Shown here piece by piece: positions 39,313 through 49,213 of a stretch of 64,000 nt of DNA. The number at the start of each line of letters is the position of its first letter. Position 1 is the first letter of the stretch. The stretch comes from Polyangiales bacterium (GTDB taxonomy: Bacteria; Myxococcota_A; Polyangia; Polyangiales; Houyiibacteriaceae): positions 25,930 through 89,929 of the forward strand of contig JBGCFM010000069.1 in NCBI GenBank assembly GCA_045106895.1, written 5' to 3'. The notes beneath the pieces are model-generated. The model was not told the origin of the DNA. It made no database searches and saw only the letters and a list, made by a program, of their open reading frames with translations. The position numbers and the translations under genes are program-made.

Positions 39313-40767
39313 ATGGCTCATGCGTGTCCTCAGTGCCAGCGGGAGTACTTCGAAGGGGAGACGTTCTGCCCCTTCGATGGCGCGCGTTTGCGAGACATGC
39401 AGAGCGTCACGACGCTGATGGACCAGAGCGCCGACCCCCTCGTCGGTCGCCTCCTTGACGACCGCTATCGACTCCACAAGGTTCTCGGCCGCGGAGGCGC
39501 GGGCACGGTGTTTCGCGCGGAGCTCGAGACCATCGGAAAACCGGTGGCTATCAAGGTGCTCCGCAAAGTCGACGAGGACCAAGACAAAGCGTTCGCGCGC
39601 TTCGAACGCGAGGCACGCGCGGCGTCCAAATTGGGCGAAGCGCACATCATCGATATTTTTGATTTCGGATACACCCCTGACGGGTTTGCGTTCCTGGTCA
39701 TGGAGCTCCTCCAGGGCGAAGACCTCGCGGAGCTGCTTGCACGTCGCGGCTGCATTCCGCTCCACGAAGCGATCCCGCTCATCGCTCAATGTTGTCAGGG
39801 GCTCGGTGCTGCGCATGCGGCGGGAATCATCCACCGCGATCTGAAGCCGGAGAACATCTTCCTCAAGGACCGAGGCGCCGAAGGACCGCTGGTAAAGCTA
39901 GTCGACTTTGGCCTCGCGAAGATCTGCGACACCGAGATCGGCGGTGACCCGGCGCGGAAGCTTACGACGACGGGGATGATCTTCGGAACGCCACAGTATA
40001 TGTCGCCAGAGCAGTGCCTCTCGCGACCGACGGACCACCGCGCGGACATCTACGCCATCGGCTGCATTCTCTATGAGCTGCTCACGGGCCAGGTGCCCTT
40101 CGACGGTGAGACGTTCATGGGGGTGCTCAATCAACACGTGTGCGACCCCCCGCCGGCGATGCGCGTCGTCAACCCGGATGTCGTCGTGCCCGCGGCTGTC
40201 GAGGCAGTGATCTATCGCTGTCTCGACAAAGAAGCGGGTCGCCGTCCGCAGTCGATGCGCGAGCTTCGGGATGAGCTCCTCGCAGCCCTTGAGGCCGCCG
40301 GTCAGACGCCCTTGGCAGCCCAGTTGCGTAGCACCGGCGCGATGGCGGAGCCGATGAGCTTCTTGGACCTGACGAAGCGCAAACCTGACTCTGGCGAGTT
40401 GGCACTGCCGGGCGCTGGCTCCCATGGCGACATCGGCGACGACGACACCATCCTGGCCGCGCCGCTGCCCGATGTGGACTCGCCGCCACCGCCTTCAGGT
40501 ATCGACATGTCAGCGACCGTGGAGGAACAGCTTCCGGCGCTGGGTCCTTCCCTCGGCCAAGCGACTCCTAAGGCTCCTTCCCTGACGCCTCCAGCAGGGC
40601 CTCCGAGCGGGGCCGCACGAGCTCCTTCGCCCTTCGGCGTCAACGAGCCGACCTACGTCCCGACGGCGCCGAGTGGCGGCACGGGAATGAAGGTTGTCGT
40701 CGTCGGCCTGCTCTTGCTCGCGCTCGGCGGGGCCCTGGGTTACGTCGGGCTACTCCTCTTCGGCTGA
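39313..40767 (+). CDS. Ser/Thr protein kinase with N-terminal zinc ribbon and C-terminal TM
   Basis: CPQC...FCPFDG; LGRGGAG, VAIK, HRDLKPEN, DFG, GTPQYMSPE; hydrophobic C-terminus. Confidence 0.93.
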   Translation: MAHACPQCQREYFEGETFCPFDGARLRDMQSVTTLMDQSADPLVGRLLDDRYRLHKVLGRGGAGTVFRAELETIGKPVAIKVLRKVDEDQDKAFARFEREARAASKLGEAHIIDIFDFGYTPDGFAFLVMELLQGEDLAELLARRGCIPLHEAIPLIAQCCQGLGAAHAAGIIHRDLKPENIFLKDRGAEGPLVKLVDFGLAKICDTEIGGDPARKLTTTGMIFGTPQYMSPEQCLSRPTDHRADIYAIGCILYELLTGQVPFDGETFMGVLNQHVCDPPPAMRVVNPDVVVPAAVEAVIYRCLDKEAGRRPQSMRELRDELLAALEAAGQTPLAAQLRSTGAMAEPMSFLDLTKRKPDSGELALPGAGSHGDIGDDDTILAAPLPDVDSPPPPSGIDMSATVEEQLPALGPSLGQATPKAPSLTPPAGPPSGAARAPSPFGVNEPTYVPTAPSGGTGMKVVVVGLLLLALGGALGYVGLLLFG

Positions 40768-43641
40768 GTCCGCTTCTTCGACGGGGGCCTGTGGGGCGGG
40801 GGCCAACTCTACGGGGGCCTGTTCTGTTTGGCTCGAGGGTTCGCCACTCTCTCTGCGCGCCGCCGCGGCAAGGGACTCAAGGGCTTCGCCAAGGGCGTCG
40901 ATGGCTGCGCCGTACTCAGCCCAGTTTCCGTCACGCCGGGCCTGCGTCGCGGCCTCGAAGAGTCGCTGAGCTTCCAGCCTCACATCTCCGTTTCGAGCAG
41001 CGCTGCTCTCCGCTCCGCTCGCTGATCCGGCGATCTCCACAGCGCCACCGTCCATGCCGTCGTCGTTGCCCTCTGCTACCGGGGCCGCCACGGCGACTTC
41101 TGCACCCGGACCATCGTCGCGCGCGTTGAAGATCGACGCGAGCGCCTCATCGAGGGTCGCCTCCATGGCGATGCTGTTGTCGTACACCGCGATGATGCGC
41201 TTCAGTTCAGGGATGCGACCACCGTCCGAACGTAAGTAGAGCGGCGCGACATAGATGAGGGACTCGCCGATGGGGATGACGAGGAGCGTTCCAAAGATCG
41301 CTTGGGAGCCGCGCTGATCCCAAAGTGAAACCTGCCGAGAAATCTCCGCGTCTTGATTGATGCGGCTCATGATCTGTTCTGGACCAAAAACGAGGCGTCG
41401 CTTCGGAAAGCGGTACACGACCAGCTCCCCGCGGTGCTCCCCGTCGGAGCGAGCCACCATCCAAGCGGCGAGGTTCTGCTTGCTCTGAGGCGTGTAGGGC
41501 AGCATCAGGATGAACTCTTCGGTTTCTTCACCTGGGAGTCGCATCACTGTGTAGTAAGGCTCCATTCTCGCAGCGGTTCCGCCTGAAGTCAGTGAAGGGA
41601 TGTCCCACTGGTCCTCTCGGTTGTAGACGTCCTCGGCGCGGCCCATGTGGTAAACGGAGAAGACTTCCGTCTGAATGCGGAAGAGGTCTTCGGGATAACG
41701 AAGATGAGCAACGAGGTCCTCGTCCATGGTGTCCATGGACTCGAAGAGGTCGGGGAACGCGCTCCGCCACATTCGAACGACCGGGTCCGCTTCGTCGTTG
41801 ACGAAGAACGTGGTGGTTCCTTCATAGGCGTCCACGGTGACCTTCACGCTGTTGCGAATGTAGTTGAGGCGACCTCCGACTCGTTGCGCGTAGGGGTAGC
41901 TGTCGCTCGTCGTATAGGCATCCACGATCCAAGTCAGGCGACCATCGTCGCGAACGACCAGGTAAGGGTCCTCGTCGAAGTCGAGGAAGGGAGCGATGCG
42001 TCGCACGCGGTCCATGATCTCGCGGTGAAGTAGCACGCGGCTCTCGTCGCCCACGTCGTCGGAGAGGAGGATCTTAAAGTTGCGCAGGTGCGTCGCGAGG
42101 ATGAGGCGCGAAAAGAACGAGTCGAGAGAGATGCCGTCGGCGCCTTCGTACTCCGTGTATGCGTTGTCGTCGCCCTGTGGGTGGTCGAACTCGCGAGCCG
42201 AAGTGTTGACGAAGATGTGACTCGAAGTGAGCTCGCCAAAGTAGATGGCGGGCTGTGTGACCTGAATGTCTTCCTGTGTAGACACCGGCGGAATGTCGCG
42301 AATGAAGAGCTCAGGCAGACCCTCTTCAGTGGCGCTATTGACGGGGCCAAGTGTGAGACCGTAGCCGTGGGTGAACGTGAAGTGCTCATTGATCCATGTT
42401 CGGTTCGGGAGGCTGCTGGACGCGAGCTCTCGCGCAGAGAGCATCGTCTGGCGCAGCTCCCCGTCGATCATGTAGCGGTCGTTATCGACGCTCGCGAACT
42501 CGTAGTAGGTTCGAATCTCTTGGATCTGAGCGAAGGTGTCGAGGAGCGGTCGGTGGTCCCAGAGGCGCACGTTTCGAATCGTGGCTTGGTTGGCTTCAAT
42601 GTCGTCCCACGTCAGCTGGACTTCGGTTTCGAGGTCCATTTCCCGGACGTCATCCAGGCCAAAGGCGGCGCGCGTCGCTTCAATGTTGCGGTCGATGAAG
42701 GGGGCCTCACGCTCCGCTTCGTTGGGGAGGACGCTGAAGCGGTGCAGTGCCGACGGATACGCGACGACTCCAAGGAAGTGAGTTGCCGCCAGGAGTACGA
42801 CGGCGGAGACGGGGAAGGTCCAGCTCTTCTTCGTGCTCGCCACGCCCATGAGAATCGCACCGAGCGCCGCCACCGCCATCTCGACGCGGAGTGCGGGAAG
42901 GGTGGCGTGTACGTCGGCGTAGCTCGCGCCGGCGAGGGGGCCCGTCGTCGAGAAGACGAGCTCCCGAGAGGCAAGCCATGAGCCAAACGCGAAAACACCG
43001 AACACGCCAGCGGCGACGGTAAAGAGGTGCTTCCGCGCGGGAGCCGCGATGAACATCTTGCCGGTGAAGGTGTGAACCGCGCCACGCAGGTTGTACACCG
43101 CGAGTGCCATCACGAGGGCGGCTCCAAAGGCGAAGAGCAGAAGCTTGTGGAGTCCCAGGAGCGCGGGAAGGGTGAAGACGAAGAAACCGATGTCGTGGCC
43201 GAAGAGCGCGTCCTGCGACCCAAAGTCGACGGCGTTCATGTAGCTGACAACCGTCTCCCACTCGCCGGAGATGCTCAACCCTGTGAGCGCGCCGACGATG
43301 AGCGAGGCGATGAGTGGCACGCGAACGGCGAGCGTATGCAGAAAAGTGTAGTCCCACTTCTGGCCGGGGAAGGGCTTTGGCACGTTGGGTGTGAGCTTGA
43401 GTGCGATGCGCCCGTGAAGGTAGATCCACCCGCCCATCAGCAACCCGCTGACGGCGCCGAGGACCAGCTGTATTTTGACACTGGTCGCAAAGACGGAGCC
43501 AAACCCGAGGGATTCGAACCACTTCTTGTCCAGGAAGAACTCGGCGAGGCCGGGCACAAAAAGGACGACTGCGACGACGAGGCCAATAAGAATGGCCAGA
43601 CGTCGCGGGGTCTGCGGTGGGTTCTGCTGCGCTTGCGTCAC
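40750..43641 (-). CDS. UPF0182 family membrane protein
   Basis: WFESLGF, DIGFFVFTLP, NIEATRAAFG, NVRLWD, QEIRTYYEF..VDNDRY, FTHGYG, NYIRNSVKVTVDAY, HLRYPEDLF. Confidence 0.92.
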   Translation of the reverse strand: MTQAQQNPPQTPRRLAILIGLVVAVVLFVPGLAEFFLDKKWFESLGFGSVFATSVKIQLVLGAVSGLLMGGWIYLHGRIALKLTPNVPKPFPGQKWDYTFLHTLAVRVPLIASLIVGALTGLSISGEWETVVSYMNAVDFGSQDALFGHDIGFFVFTLPALLGLHKLLLFAFGAALVMALAVYNLRGAVHTFTGKMFIAAPARKHLFTVAAGVFGVFAFGSWLASRELVFSTTGPLAGASYADVHATLPALRVEMAVAALGAILMGVASTKKSWTFPVSAVVLLAATHFLGVVAYPSALHRFSVLPNEAEREAPFIDRNIEATRAAFGLDDVREMDLETEVQLTWDDIEANQATIRNVRLWDHRPLLDTFAQIQEIRTYYEFASVDNDRYMIDGELRQTMLSARELASSSLPNRTWINEHFTFTHGYGLTLGPVNSATEEGLPELFIRDIPPVSTQEDIQVTQPAIYFGELTSSHIFVNTSAREFDHPQGDDNAYTEYEGADGISLDSFFSRLILATHLRNFKILLSDDVGDESRVLLHREIMDRVRRIAPFLDFDEDPYLVVRDDGRLTWIVDAYTTSDSYPYAQRVGGRLNYIRNSVKVTVDAYEGTTTFFVNDEADPVVRMWRSAFPDLFESMDTMDEDLVAHLRYPEDLFRIQTEVFSVYHMGRAEDVYNREDQWDIPSLTSGGTAARMEPYYTVMRLPGEETEEFILMLPYTPQSKQNLAAWMVARSDGEHRGELVVYRFPKRRLVFGPEQIMSRINQDAEISRQVSLWDQRGSQAIFGTLLVIPIGESLIYVAPLYLRSDGGRIPELKRIIAVYDNSIAMEATLDEALASIFNARDDGPGAEVAVAAPVAEGNDDGMDGGAVEIAGSASGAESSAARNGDVRLEAQRLFEAATQARRDGNWAEYGAAIDALGEALESLAAAARRESGEPSSQTEQAPVELAPAPQAPVEEADSAEEE

Positions 43642-43728
43642 GGAACGGCTCTAACGCCGGGCAGGCCGCCGCACAAGGTCGCTCGCTTTGCGCTTTGGGC
43701 TCAGAGGGATATAAACCAGCGATATCCA

Positions 43729-43813
43729 GCCGGGATGGCGGAATCGGTATACGCAGGCGACTTAAAATCGCTCGGAGAAATCCTTACGGGTTCAAGTCCC
43801 GTTCCCGGTACCA
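43729..43813 (+). tRNA. tRNA-Leu (anticodon TAA)
   Basis: Acceptor stem GCCGGGA/TCCCGGT + A + CCA; anticodon arm GGCGA-CTTAAAA-TCGCT; long variable arm; T-loop GGTTCAAGTCC. Confidence 0.95.
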
Positions 43814-43949
43814 AGAAACAAACCATCATAGAGAGCAGGTGTTTCGCTTGGAGCACACGCTCTCCATATTGGAGGAGCGACGACCGGCGGGCGAGCACGC
43901 CGCTTGTCGAACCTTGGCTGACTCCTGAATCGTTGGCTATGATCGTCGC

Positions 43950-44838
43950 GTGAACCGCCCGGGGCGACACGTCCTACTCCTCTGCGCCCTGACTGTGTCA
44001 TGTCAGGCCTCCGATGGTCAGACCTTCGAACTGCTCACCTACAACGTGGCAGGGCTGCCAGAGGCTCTCAACCGGACCGGGGCGTCGACGAACACGCCGC
44101 TCATCGCAGAACGAATCAACGACTACGACATCGTCTTGTTGCAGGAGTCATGGCTCACTCCGCCGGAGGAAGTCGGCGGTCCGCTTCAGACCTACCACGA
44201 GCTGCTCGACGCCGGCGCTCGTCACCCCCATCGCTCCGAAGCGGCGCCCGCACCTCGTGGAACAAACGTGGAGCGACCCGAACCCAGGTCGCGGACGGCC
44301 TCAACCGATTCAGCAACTTCGTCTTCGGTTCTCTGAGCCGACATACCTTCGAATCCTGCGAACGCGATTGTATCGCTCTAAAGGGTTTTAGCGTCGCGCG
44401 CGAACGACCGTCGCTCCAGGCGCTGAGGTCGATGTCTACAGCCTCCATCTGGAGTCCGGCCGCGCGAGCGACGAAGTGCGCGCGGCGGCGATGGTGCAAC
44501 TCGCCGCCGCTGTCCAAGAACGCTCCGCCGGCCGCGCCGTGATTATCGCGGGAGACCTTAATCTCCACTACCTATCGGACAAGGACGCACACGACACGGA
44601 CACCGGGGTCTTCGAGTCGTTCTGGCGGACCACCGGCACCGAAGACGTTTGCCTGCATCTTGACTGCCCGGAAATCGGACTCATCGATCGCGTCGCGTTT
44701 CGTTCCGGGTCAGACGTTATCCTGGAAGCGCTTGAATGGAGGAACGATGACGAGCGTTTCGTCGATGCCGCTGGCGAGCCCCTGAGCGATCACGCGCCCA
44801 TCGCGGTTCGCTTTCGTGCATCGCTACTGGCGCCGTAG
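43950..44838 (+). pseudogene. Endonuclease/exonuclease/phosphatase (EEP) family lipoprotein broken by two frameshifts
   Basis: Frame A: LTYNVAGLP, DIVLLQE. Frame B: ADGLNRFS...DCIALKGFSVAR. Frame C: VDVYSLHLE...IIAGDLN...IDRV...LSDHAP. Shifts near 44280 and near 44400. Confidence 0.8.
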
Positions 44839-44974
44839 CGGTATGGCCGGCGTTCGCTGATTCGAAACCCGTCGGCCCGCGGGTCGAAAATCGCTGTTTT
44901 CAAAAAAAGCGGTCCCGGCTGTCGATTTTGGGGATGCACGCTCGCCCACTCCACGAACCCAAGTGGAGAACTAT

Positions 44975-45421
44975 ATGGAAACGCTCATCGAGAACCCGAC
45001 CTTTCAAGCTTACGTTGTCAGCGCCATCGTGCTTGTGATGAACATGCTCACGTTGGCCAACAACACAGCGCTGTCCCGCGCCGGGGCGGACGAGGTCATC
45101 AACCCTGAGGATATCGTCCTCAATAAGAACGCCAAGGTGGTCGGCAATGCAGGCATCGAGAAGGTCGAGCGCTACCGCCGCGCGCATCGCAACGCCCTCG
45201 AGAACATCCCGCTCTTTCTTATCACGGGCTTCGTTCTTACACTCACTCCGGTTCCTTTCATGGCCGCCGCTATCCTGTTCGGCATCTTCGTCTTCGCCCG
45301 CGTCGTCCACAGTTTCGCGTACATGCGGCAAAAGCAGCCTTTCCGGACAGCGTCTTTTGCGGTCGGTGCCCTTGTGCAGATCGCGCTCCTTGGATTCCTC
45401 GGCTTCTACACGTTCGTGTAG
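44975..45421 (+). CDS. MAPEG family protein (microsomal GST-like)
   Basis: NPED, VERYRRAHRNALENIPLF, ARVVHS; four TM segments; GGAG RBS. Confidence 0.9.
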   Translation: METLIENPTFQAYVVSAIVLVMNMLTLANNTALSRAGADEVINPEDIVLNKNAKVVGNAGIEKVERYRRAHRNALENIPLFLITGFVLTLTPVPFMAAAILFGIFVFARVVHSFAYMRQKQPFRTASFAVGALVQIALLGFLGFYTFV

Positions 45422-45513
45422 AAGAGTAAGGCCCAGAGGAGCGTGGTGAACGTTGTATGCTGCTCTTCGGATTCACAGCCCGTTCGAGGCAGTCCCAACG
45501 CAGAAGCATCGTT

Positions 45514-46464
45514 ATGTTTCGTATGATTTCATTCCGCTCAATCCTCCCCTGCCTGCTCGTCGCTGCATGCGCTTCGGCGAACGTCTCCGAGTCTTCGACG
45601 AGCGTCACGGAGACCACCAACGCCGCCGCCCTCGAAGTTGTCCCCGACGTGGACCAAGAGGTGGTCAGCCGAACGTTCGGCGAAGTCAAAGTACACACGC
45701 TCGTGTCACGGGCTGACCGCGTGGGTACCGCAACGCACGTCATCGAAGGCCCTACCGGCGTCGTCGTCGTGGACACTCATCTCGTAAGACGAGACGCCCG
45801 GGCGTTGCGAGCATTCGTGGACGCCATCGGAAAGCCGGTAGAGCGGGTGATCATCTCTCACGGGCACCCAGACCACTACTTTGGCCTCGAGTATTTCGAA
45901 GACCTGCCGACCTACGCGTTGCCGGAATCCATCGCGGATATGCGCCGGCGCTGGCGCGGACACCGAAGCGGCCACGTCGCTCGCATTGGTGACGCGATCA
46001 CGGACTATGCGCGTTTTCCCGCGAATGAGCTGGCGCCGGGCGGCGAGAACATCGGCGGCGTTGAGTTTCAGTTTGAGTCGGTCGTCAACGGCGAGGACGT
46101 CACCCAGCTGGTCGTGCGGCTTCCGGCGCAGCATGTGCTGATCGTCCAGGACCTCTCTTCGCAGGGCTATCACCCCTTCGTCGGAACGTTGCGCCTTCGC
46201 GCGTGGCGCGATGTGTTGAGCCGACTGATTCAAGAGACACACGAATCGGCATCCGAGACATACGTTCTTGTTGGTCACGGCCCGCCGGGCGGCGCAGAGC
46301 TGCTGGAAGGGACGCGCGCGTATCTGCCAGTTGCGGAGGAAGTGATCGCAGCGGGACCGGCCACCCAGGGGGAGTTTGTCGACACCATGAAAGAGCGCTT
46401 TCCCGACTTGGAAGGAGACCTGGTTCTCCCCATCTCTGCGCGTTTCGTCGTTTCGAACCAGTAG
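45514..46464 (+). CDS. MBL-fold metallo-hydrolase lipoprotein
   Basis: Lipobox VAAC; VVVDT, ISHGHPDHYFG, VQDL, VGHG. Confidence 0.8.
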   Translation: MFRMISFRSILPCLLVAACASANVSESSTSVTETTNAAALEVVPDVDQEVVSRTFGEVKVHTLVSRADRVGTATHVIEGPTGVVVVDTHLVRRDARALRAFVDAIGKPVERVIISHGHPDHYFGLEYFEDLPTYALPESIADMRRRWRGHRSGHVARIGDAITDYARFPANELAPGGENIGGVEFQFESVVNGEDVTQLVVRLPAQHVLIVQDLSSQGYHPFVGTLRLRAWRDVLSRLIQETHESASETYVLVGHGPPGGAELLEGTRAYLPVAEEVIAAGPATQGEFVDTMKERFPDLEGDLVLPISARFVVSNQ

Positions 46465-46602
46465 GGATTCGTCCGCTCCGATTCTTCGTTTCGTCACGTA
46501 TGTGTCGAACGTGCGAACCGCACAGCAACTCGGTTTCTTAAGAGAGACTGCGCCGTCACAGTCTCGATACACGTGCAACCTAACAAACGTTTGGGCAGCA
46601 CG

Positions 46603-47385
46603 ATGTTCAACGACTTCGAAGATTCGGCGGGAGAAGAGAAAGGCGGCGGGCGACGCGTTGCGTCCCTCGGCGTCGCTGCTCTGATCCTTCTGCTCTTGGG
46701 TTCGGGCGTTGCCGCGGCCCTAGCGACGGTCCGCGTGGCCGAGCGAGAACGCGAGCAGGAAGTGTCGTTCGCGGACCTACCGCTTCCGCCGCCATCGCCG
46801 GTCGAAACTGAGCCGCCGCCACCACCGCCTCCGCCTCCGCCGCCGCGCCCTGCTCGTCGTGACCGGTCCGCGGGGCAGCGACCCGTCTTGGACGGCCCCC
46901 CAAGCGGCATCCCGGACGAGATCCCGGAAGAAGCGGACGGTGAACTCGCGGAGACCGGGAACACCGGGCCCATCGAAAACGATGCCACGATGGGTGAGGG
47001 CGGGGAAGGTGAAGCGCCCCTTGTCGAGGAGCCGGCTGCCGTCCCGGTGCCAAATGCGCCGGCACCTCGGCCCCCGGAGCAAGTGCGGGAGACGATTCGC
47101 CGTGCCCGCTACTTGGCCGAGCGTTCCGGGTGTCGACGCATCGATATTCCGGATGACGTCGCTGCGTCTCTCGGTGCCCAAACGATCCGTATTCGGGTGA
47201 GAGCGCTTGTCTCCGCGGACGGAACCGTTCGTCGCGCCACTGTCACAAGCGGCCACTCATTGATCCCCGACGCCCTCTTCATCGAGTGCGCCGAGCAGTG
47301 GATCTTTGCTCCCGCGACGCTCCCCGACGGAACCGCCGTCCCTTACCCCGCCATCCGCACATTCGTCATTCGTCCACGCACGTAA
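46603..47385 (+). CDS. tonB: TonB-family energy transducer
   Basis: N-terminal TM, poly-Pro spacer, C-terminal VRALVSADGTV...WIFAPA; first gene of the exbB-exbD-exbD-TBDR run. Confidence 0.8.
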   Translation: MFNDFEDSAGEEKGGGRRVASLGVAALILLLLGSGVAAALATVRVAEREREQEVSFADLPLPPPSPVETEPPPPPPPPPPPRPARRDRSAGQRPVLDGPPSGIPDEIPEEADGELAETGNTGPIENDATMGEGGEGEAPLVEEPAAVPVPNAPAPRPPEQVRETIRRARYLAERSGCRRIDIPDDVAASLGAQTIRIRVRALVSADGTVRRATVTSGHSLIPDALFIECAEQWIFAPATLPDGTAVPYPAIRTFVIRPRT

Positions 47386-47404
47386 ACGTACCCAAGGAAA
47401 CACT

Positions 47405-48226
47405 ATGGACCTCGACATCATTCATTTGTGGAGCAGCATGAACAACCTCGTCCGCGGGGTTGTCATCGTGCTCACGGTGCAGGCGCTTCTCTGCCTGATG
47501 GTCGTCGTAGACCGCCTGATTCTGCTGACCATCAGCGGGCGTCGTTCGAAGACCTTCGCGCAGCAAGCCGGCCGGCTCCTCAAGGACGGGAAGCATGACG
47601 ACGTCCTGGCCTTGGCGAAGGACAAGAAGAACAGCTCCGCCTACCTTGCGAAGATTATCGAAACGGGGCTCGGTGTATTCAACGCACGAAGCACGGATGG
47701 CCACGCGCCGGAAAAGGCGGCGGAACACGCGCGCCGCGCCCTGGAGCGCCGGGGTGAACAGCTGAGCGAGAGTCTGAACCGCGGGATGAACGTCCTGGCT
47801 AGCACGGGCTCGACGGCGCCCTTCGTCGGCTTGCTTGGGACGGTGTTGGGAATCCTCAACGCCTTCAAGCTCATCTCGAGTGAAGGCGGAGGCGGCATGA
47901 GCACAATCGGCGCGGCCATCGGCGAAGCGCTCATCGTCACGGGCTACGGCCTCATGGTCGCGATTCCTTCCGTGCTCATCTTCAACTACCTGTCTGGCCG
48001 AATCGCCAAGTACGAAGCGGCCCTCGACAACGCCGGCTCCGAGCTCATCGACACCCTTGAAGTCGAGGCCTTCTCTCGCCTCGAGCAAACGCCTCGCGAG
48101 AGCACGCCAAGACCGATGCTCTCTGAGAAGAGCGACAAAAAGATGTCGGAGTTGAAGAACGCCAACAACAAGCCGCCAAACTTGAACGGCGACACCGAGC
48201 GCTCCCCGCAGCCTGCTCTCGCCTAG
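47405..48226 (+). CDS. exbB: MotA/TolQ/ExbB proton channel
   Basis: LASTGSTAPFVGLLGTVLGILNAF, IGEALIVTGYGLMVAIP; AAGGAA RBS. Confidence 0.92.
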   Translation: MDLDIIHLWSSMNNLVRGVVIVLTVQALLCLMVVVDRLILLTISGRRSKTFAQQAGRLLKDGKHDDVLALAKDKKNSSAYLAKIIETGLGVFNARSTDGHAPEKAAEHARRALERRGEQLSESLNRGMNVLASTGSTAPFVGLLGTVLGILNAFKLISSEGGGGMSTIGAAIGEALIVTGYGLMVAIPSVLIFNYLSGRIAKYEAALDNAGSELIDTLEVEAFSRLEQTPRESTPRPMLSEKSDKKMSELKNANNKPPNLNGDTERSPQPALA

Positions 48227-48253
48227 CCCTGTGTTCCCCCAACGAGAACTCCA

Positions 48254-48694
48254 ATGAGTCTTTCACGCCGCGGAAAAGCGCGCCCTCGCCCGGCCATGAA
48301 CGTCACGCCCCTCGTCGACGTGGTGCTCGTGCTCTTGATCATCTTCATGGTGGTGCTTCCTGCGATGCAGGAAGGGGTGAGCGTGGCGCTGCCAACGGTG
48401 GACAACGCCGACGACCCGGAGGACAGCGAGATGGAACCGTTCCTGCTGACCATCGCGCGGAACGGGGCGTTCTACTTTGATACGACGGCGATTCGTGCGC
48501 CGGAACTCGAGGCCTATCTACGCGAGCAACACGCCTCTCAGCCCCGTCGCAGGATTGTGATTCGTGCTGACGGGGCAGCGCCCTACCTGCGCATCCGCGA
48601 GATGATGCACACGTGCCGTCAAGTGGGGTTTTCCGGCGTTTCGCTGCGTGTGAACGCCCGTGAAGACGCCGGCGAAACCGTGGCCTCGAGGTAG
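48254..48694 (+). CDS. exbD: ExbD/TolR family protein
   Basis: MNVTPLVDVVLVLLIIFMV; IRADG. Confidence 0.92.
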   Translation: MSLSRRGKARPRPAMNVTPLVDVVLVLLIIFMVVLPAMQEGVSVALPTVDNADDPEDSEMEPFLLTIARNGAFYFDTTAIRAPELEAYLREQHASQPRRRIVIRADGAAPYLRIREMMHTCRQVGFSGVSLRVNAREDAGETVASR

Positions 48695-48708
48695 GAAGGA
48701 GCGAGCGC

Positions 48709-49158
48709 ATGGGAATGGACCTGGATAGCGGCGGCAAGAAGCGCGGAAAGAAAAAGGGCATCCGGAAGCCGGAGATGAACGTCACGCCGCTCGTCGACGT
48801 CGTTCTGGTGCTGCTCATCATCTTCATGGTGATCATGCCCATGATGGACGCGAAGTTCTGGGTGCACGTCCCGCCAAAACCGGACGAAGATGCCGAGCCT
48901 GCACCGCCGGACCCAGATGCGCTCCAGCCACTCACCGTGACCGTCAACGCGCAGGGGCACATACGCATCAACCAAGACGTGTACCCAGACCATGTCTTCG
49001 CCGCCCGCCTTCGCCGAATGCTCATCGCTCGCGACACACGCAAAGTGTATTTCGACGCCGACGATGCGGTGTCTTTTGAGCGCGCCATGGCCGTGATGGA
49101 CCTCGCGCGAGGCGGCGGGGCTGCCCACATCGCCGTGATGACCGAGAGACTCAACTAG
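48709..49158 (+). CDS. exbD: ExbD/TolR family protein (second copy)
   Basis: MNVTPLVDVVLVLLIIFMV; FDADD; VMDLARGGG. Confidence 0.92.
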   Translation: MGMDLDSGGKKRGKKKGIRKPEMNVTPLVDVVLVLLIIFMVIMPMMDAKFWVHVPPKPDEDAEPAPPDPDALQPLTVTVNAQGHIRINQDVYPDHVFAARLRRMLIARDTRKVYFDADDAVSFERAMAVMDLARGGGAAHIAVMTERLN

Positions 49159-49213
49159 CCACCGCCGACCGCGCAATCGCGTCGCGCTCCCTCGAACACA
49201 CAAGGAACTTTCC

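Noticed and set aside
43729..43813. tRNA-Leu(TAA) as a bldA-like developmental switch or island attachment site
   Set aside because: In-frame TTA codons occur in many unrelated genes here (cheA, mcp, both porins, J-protein, TBDR, CNNM protein), giving no sign of selective use. No integrase or duplicated tRNA 3' end was noticed nearby.
47405..49158. exbB/exbD/exbD as the AglRQS gliding motor or Tol-Pal
   Set aside because: They are flanked by tonB and a TonB-dependent receptor, with no tolB/pal or glt genes, so an uptake motor is the simpler reading.
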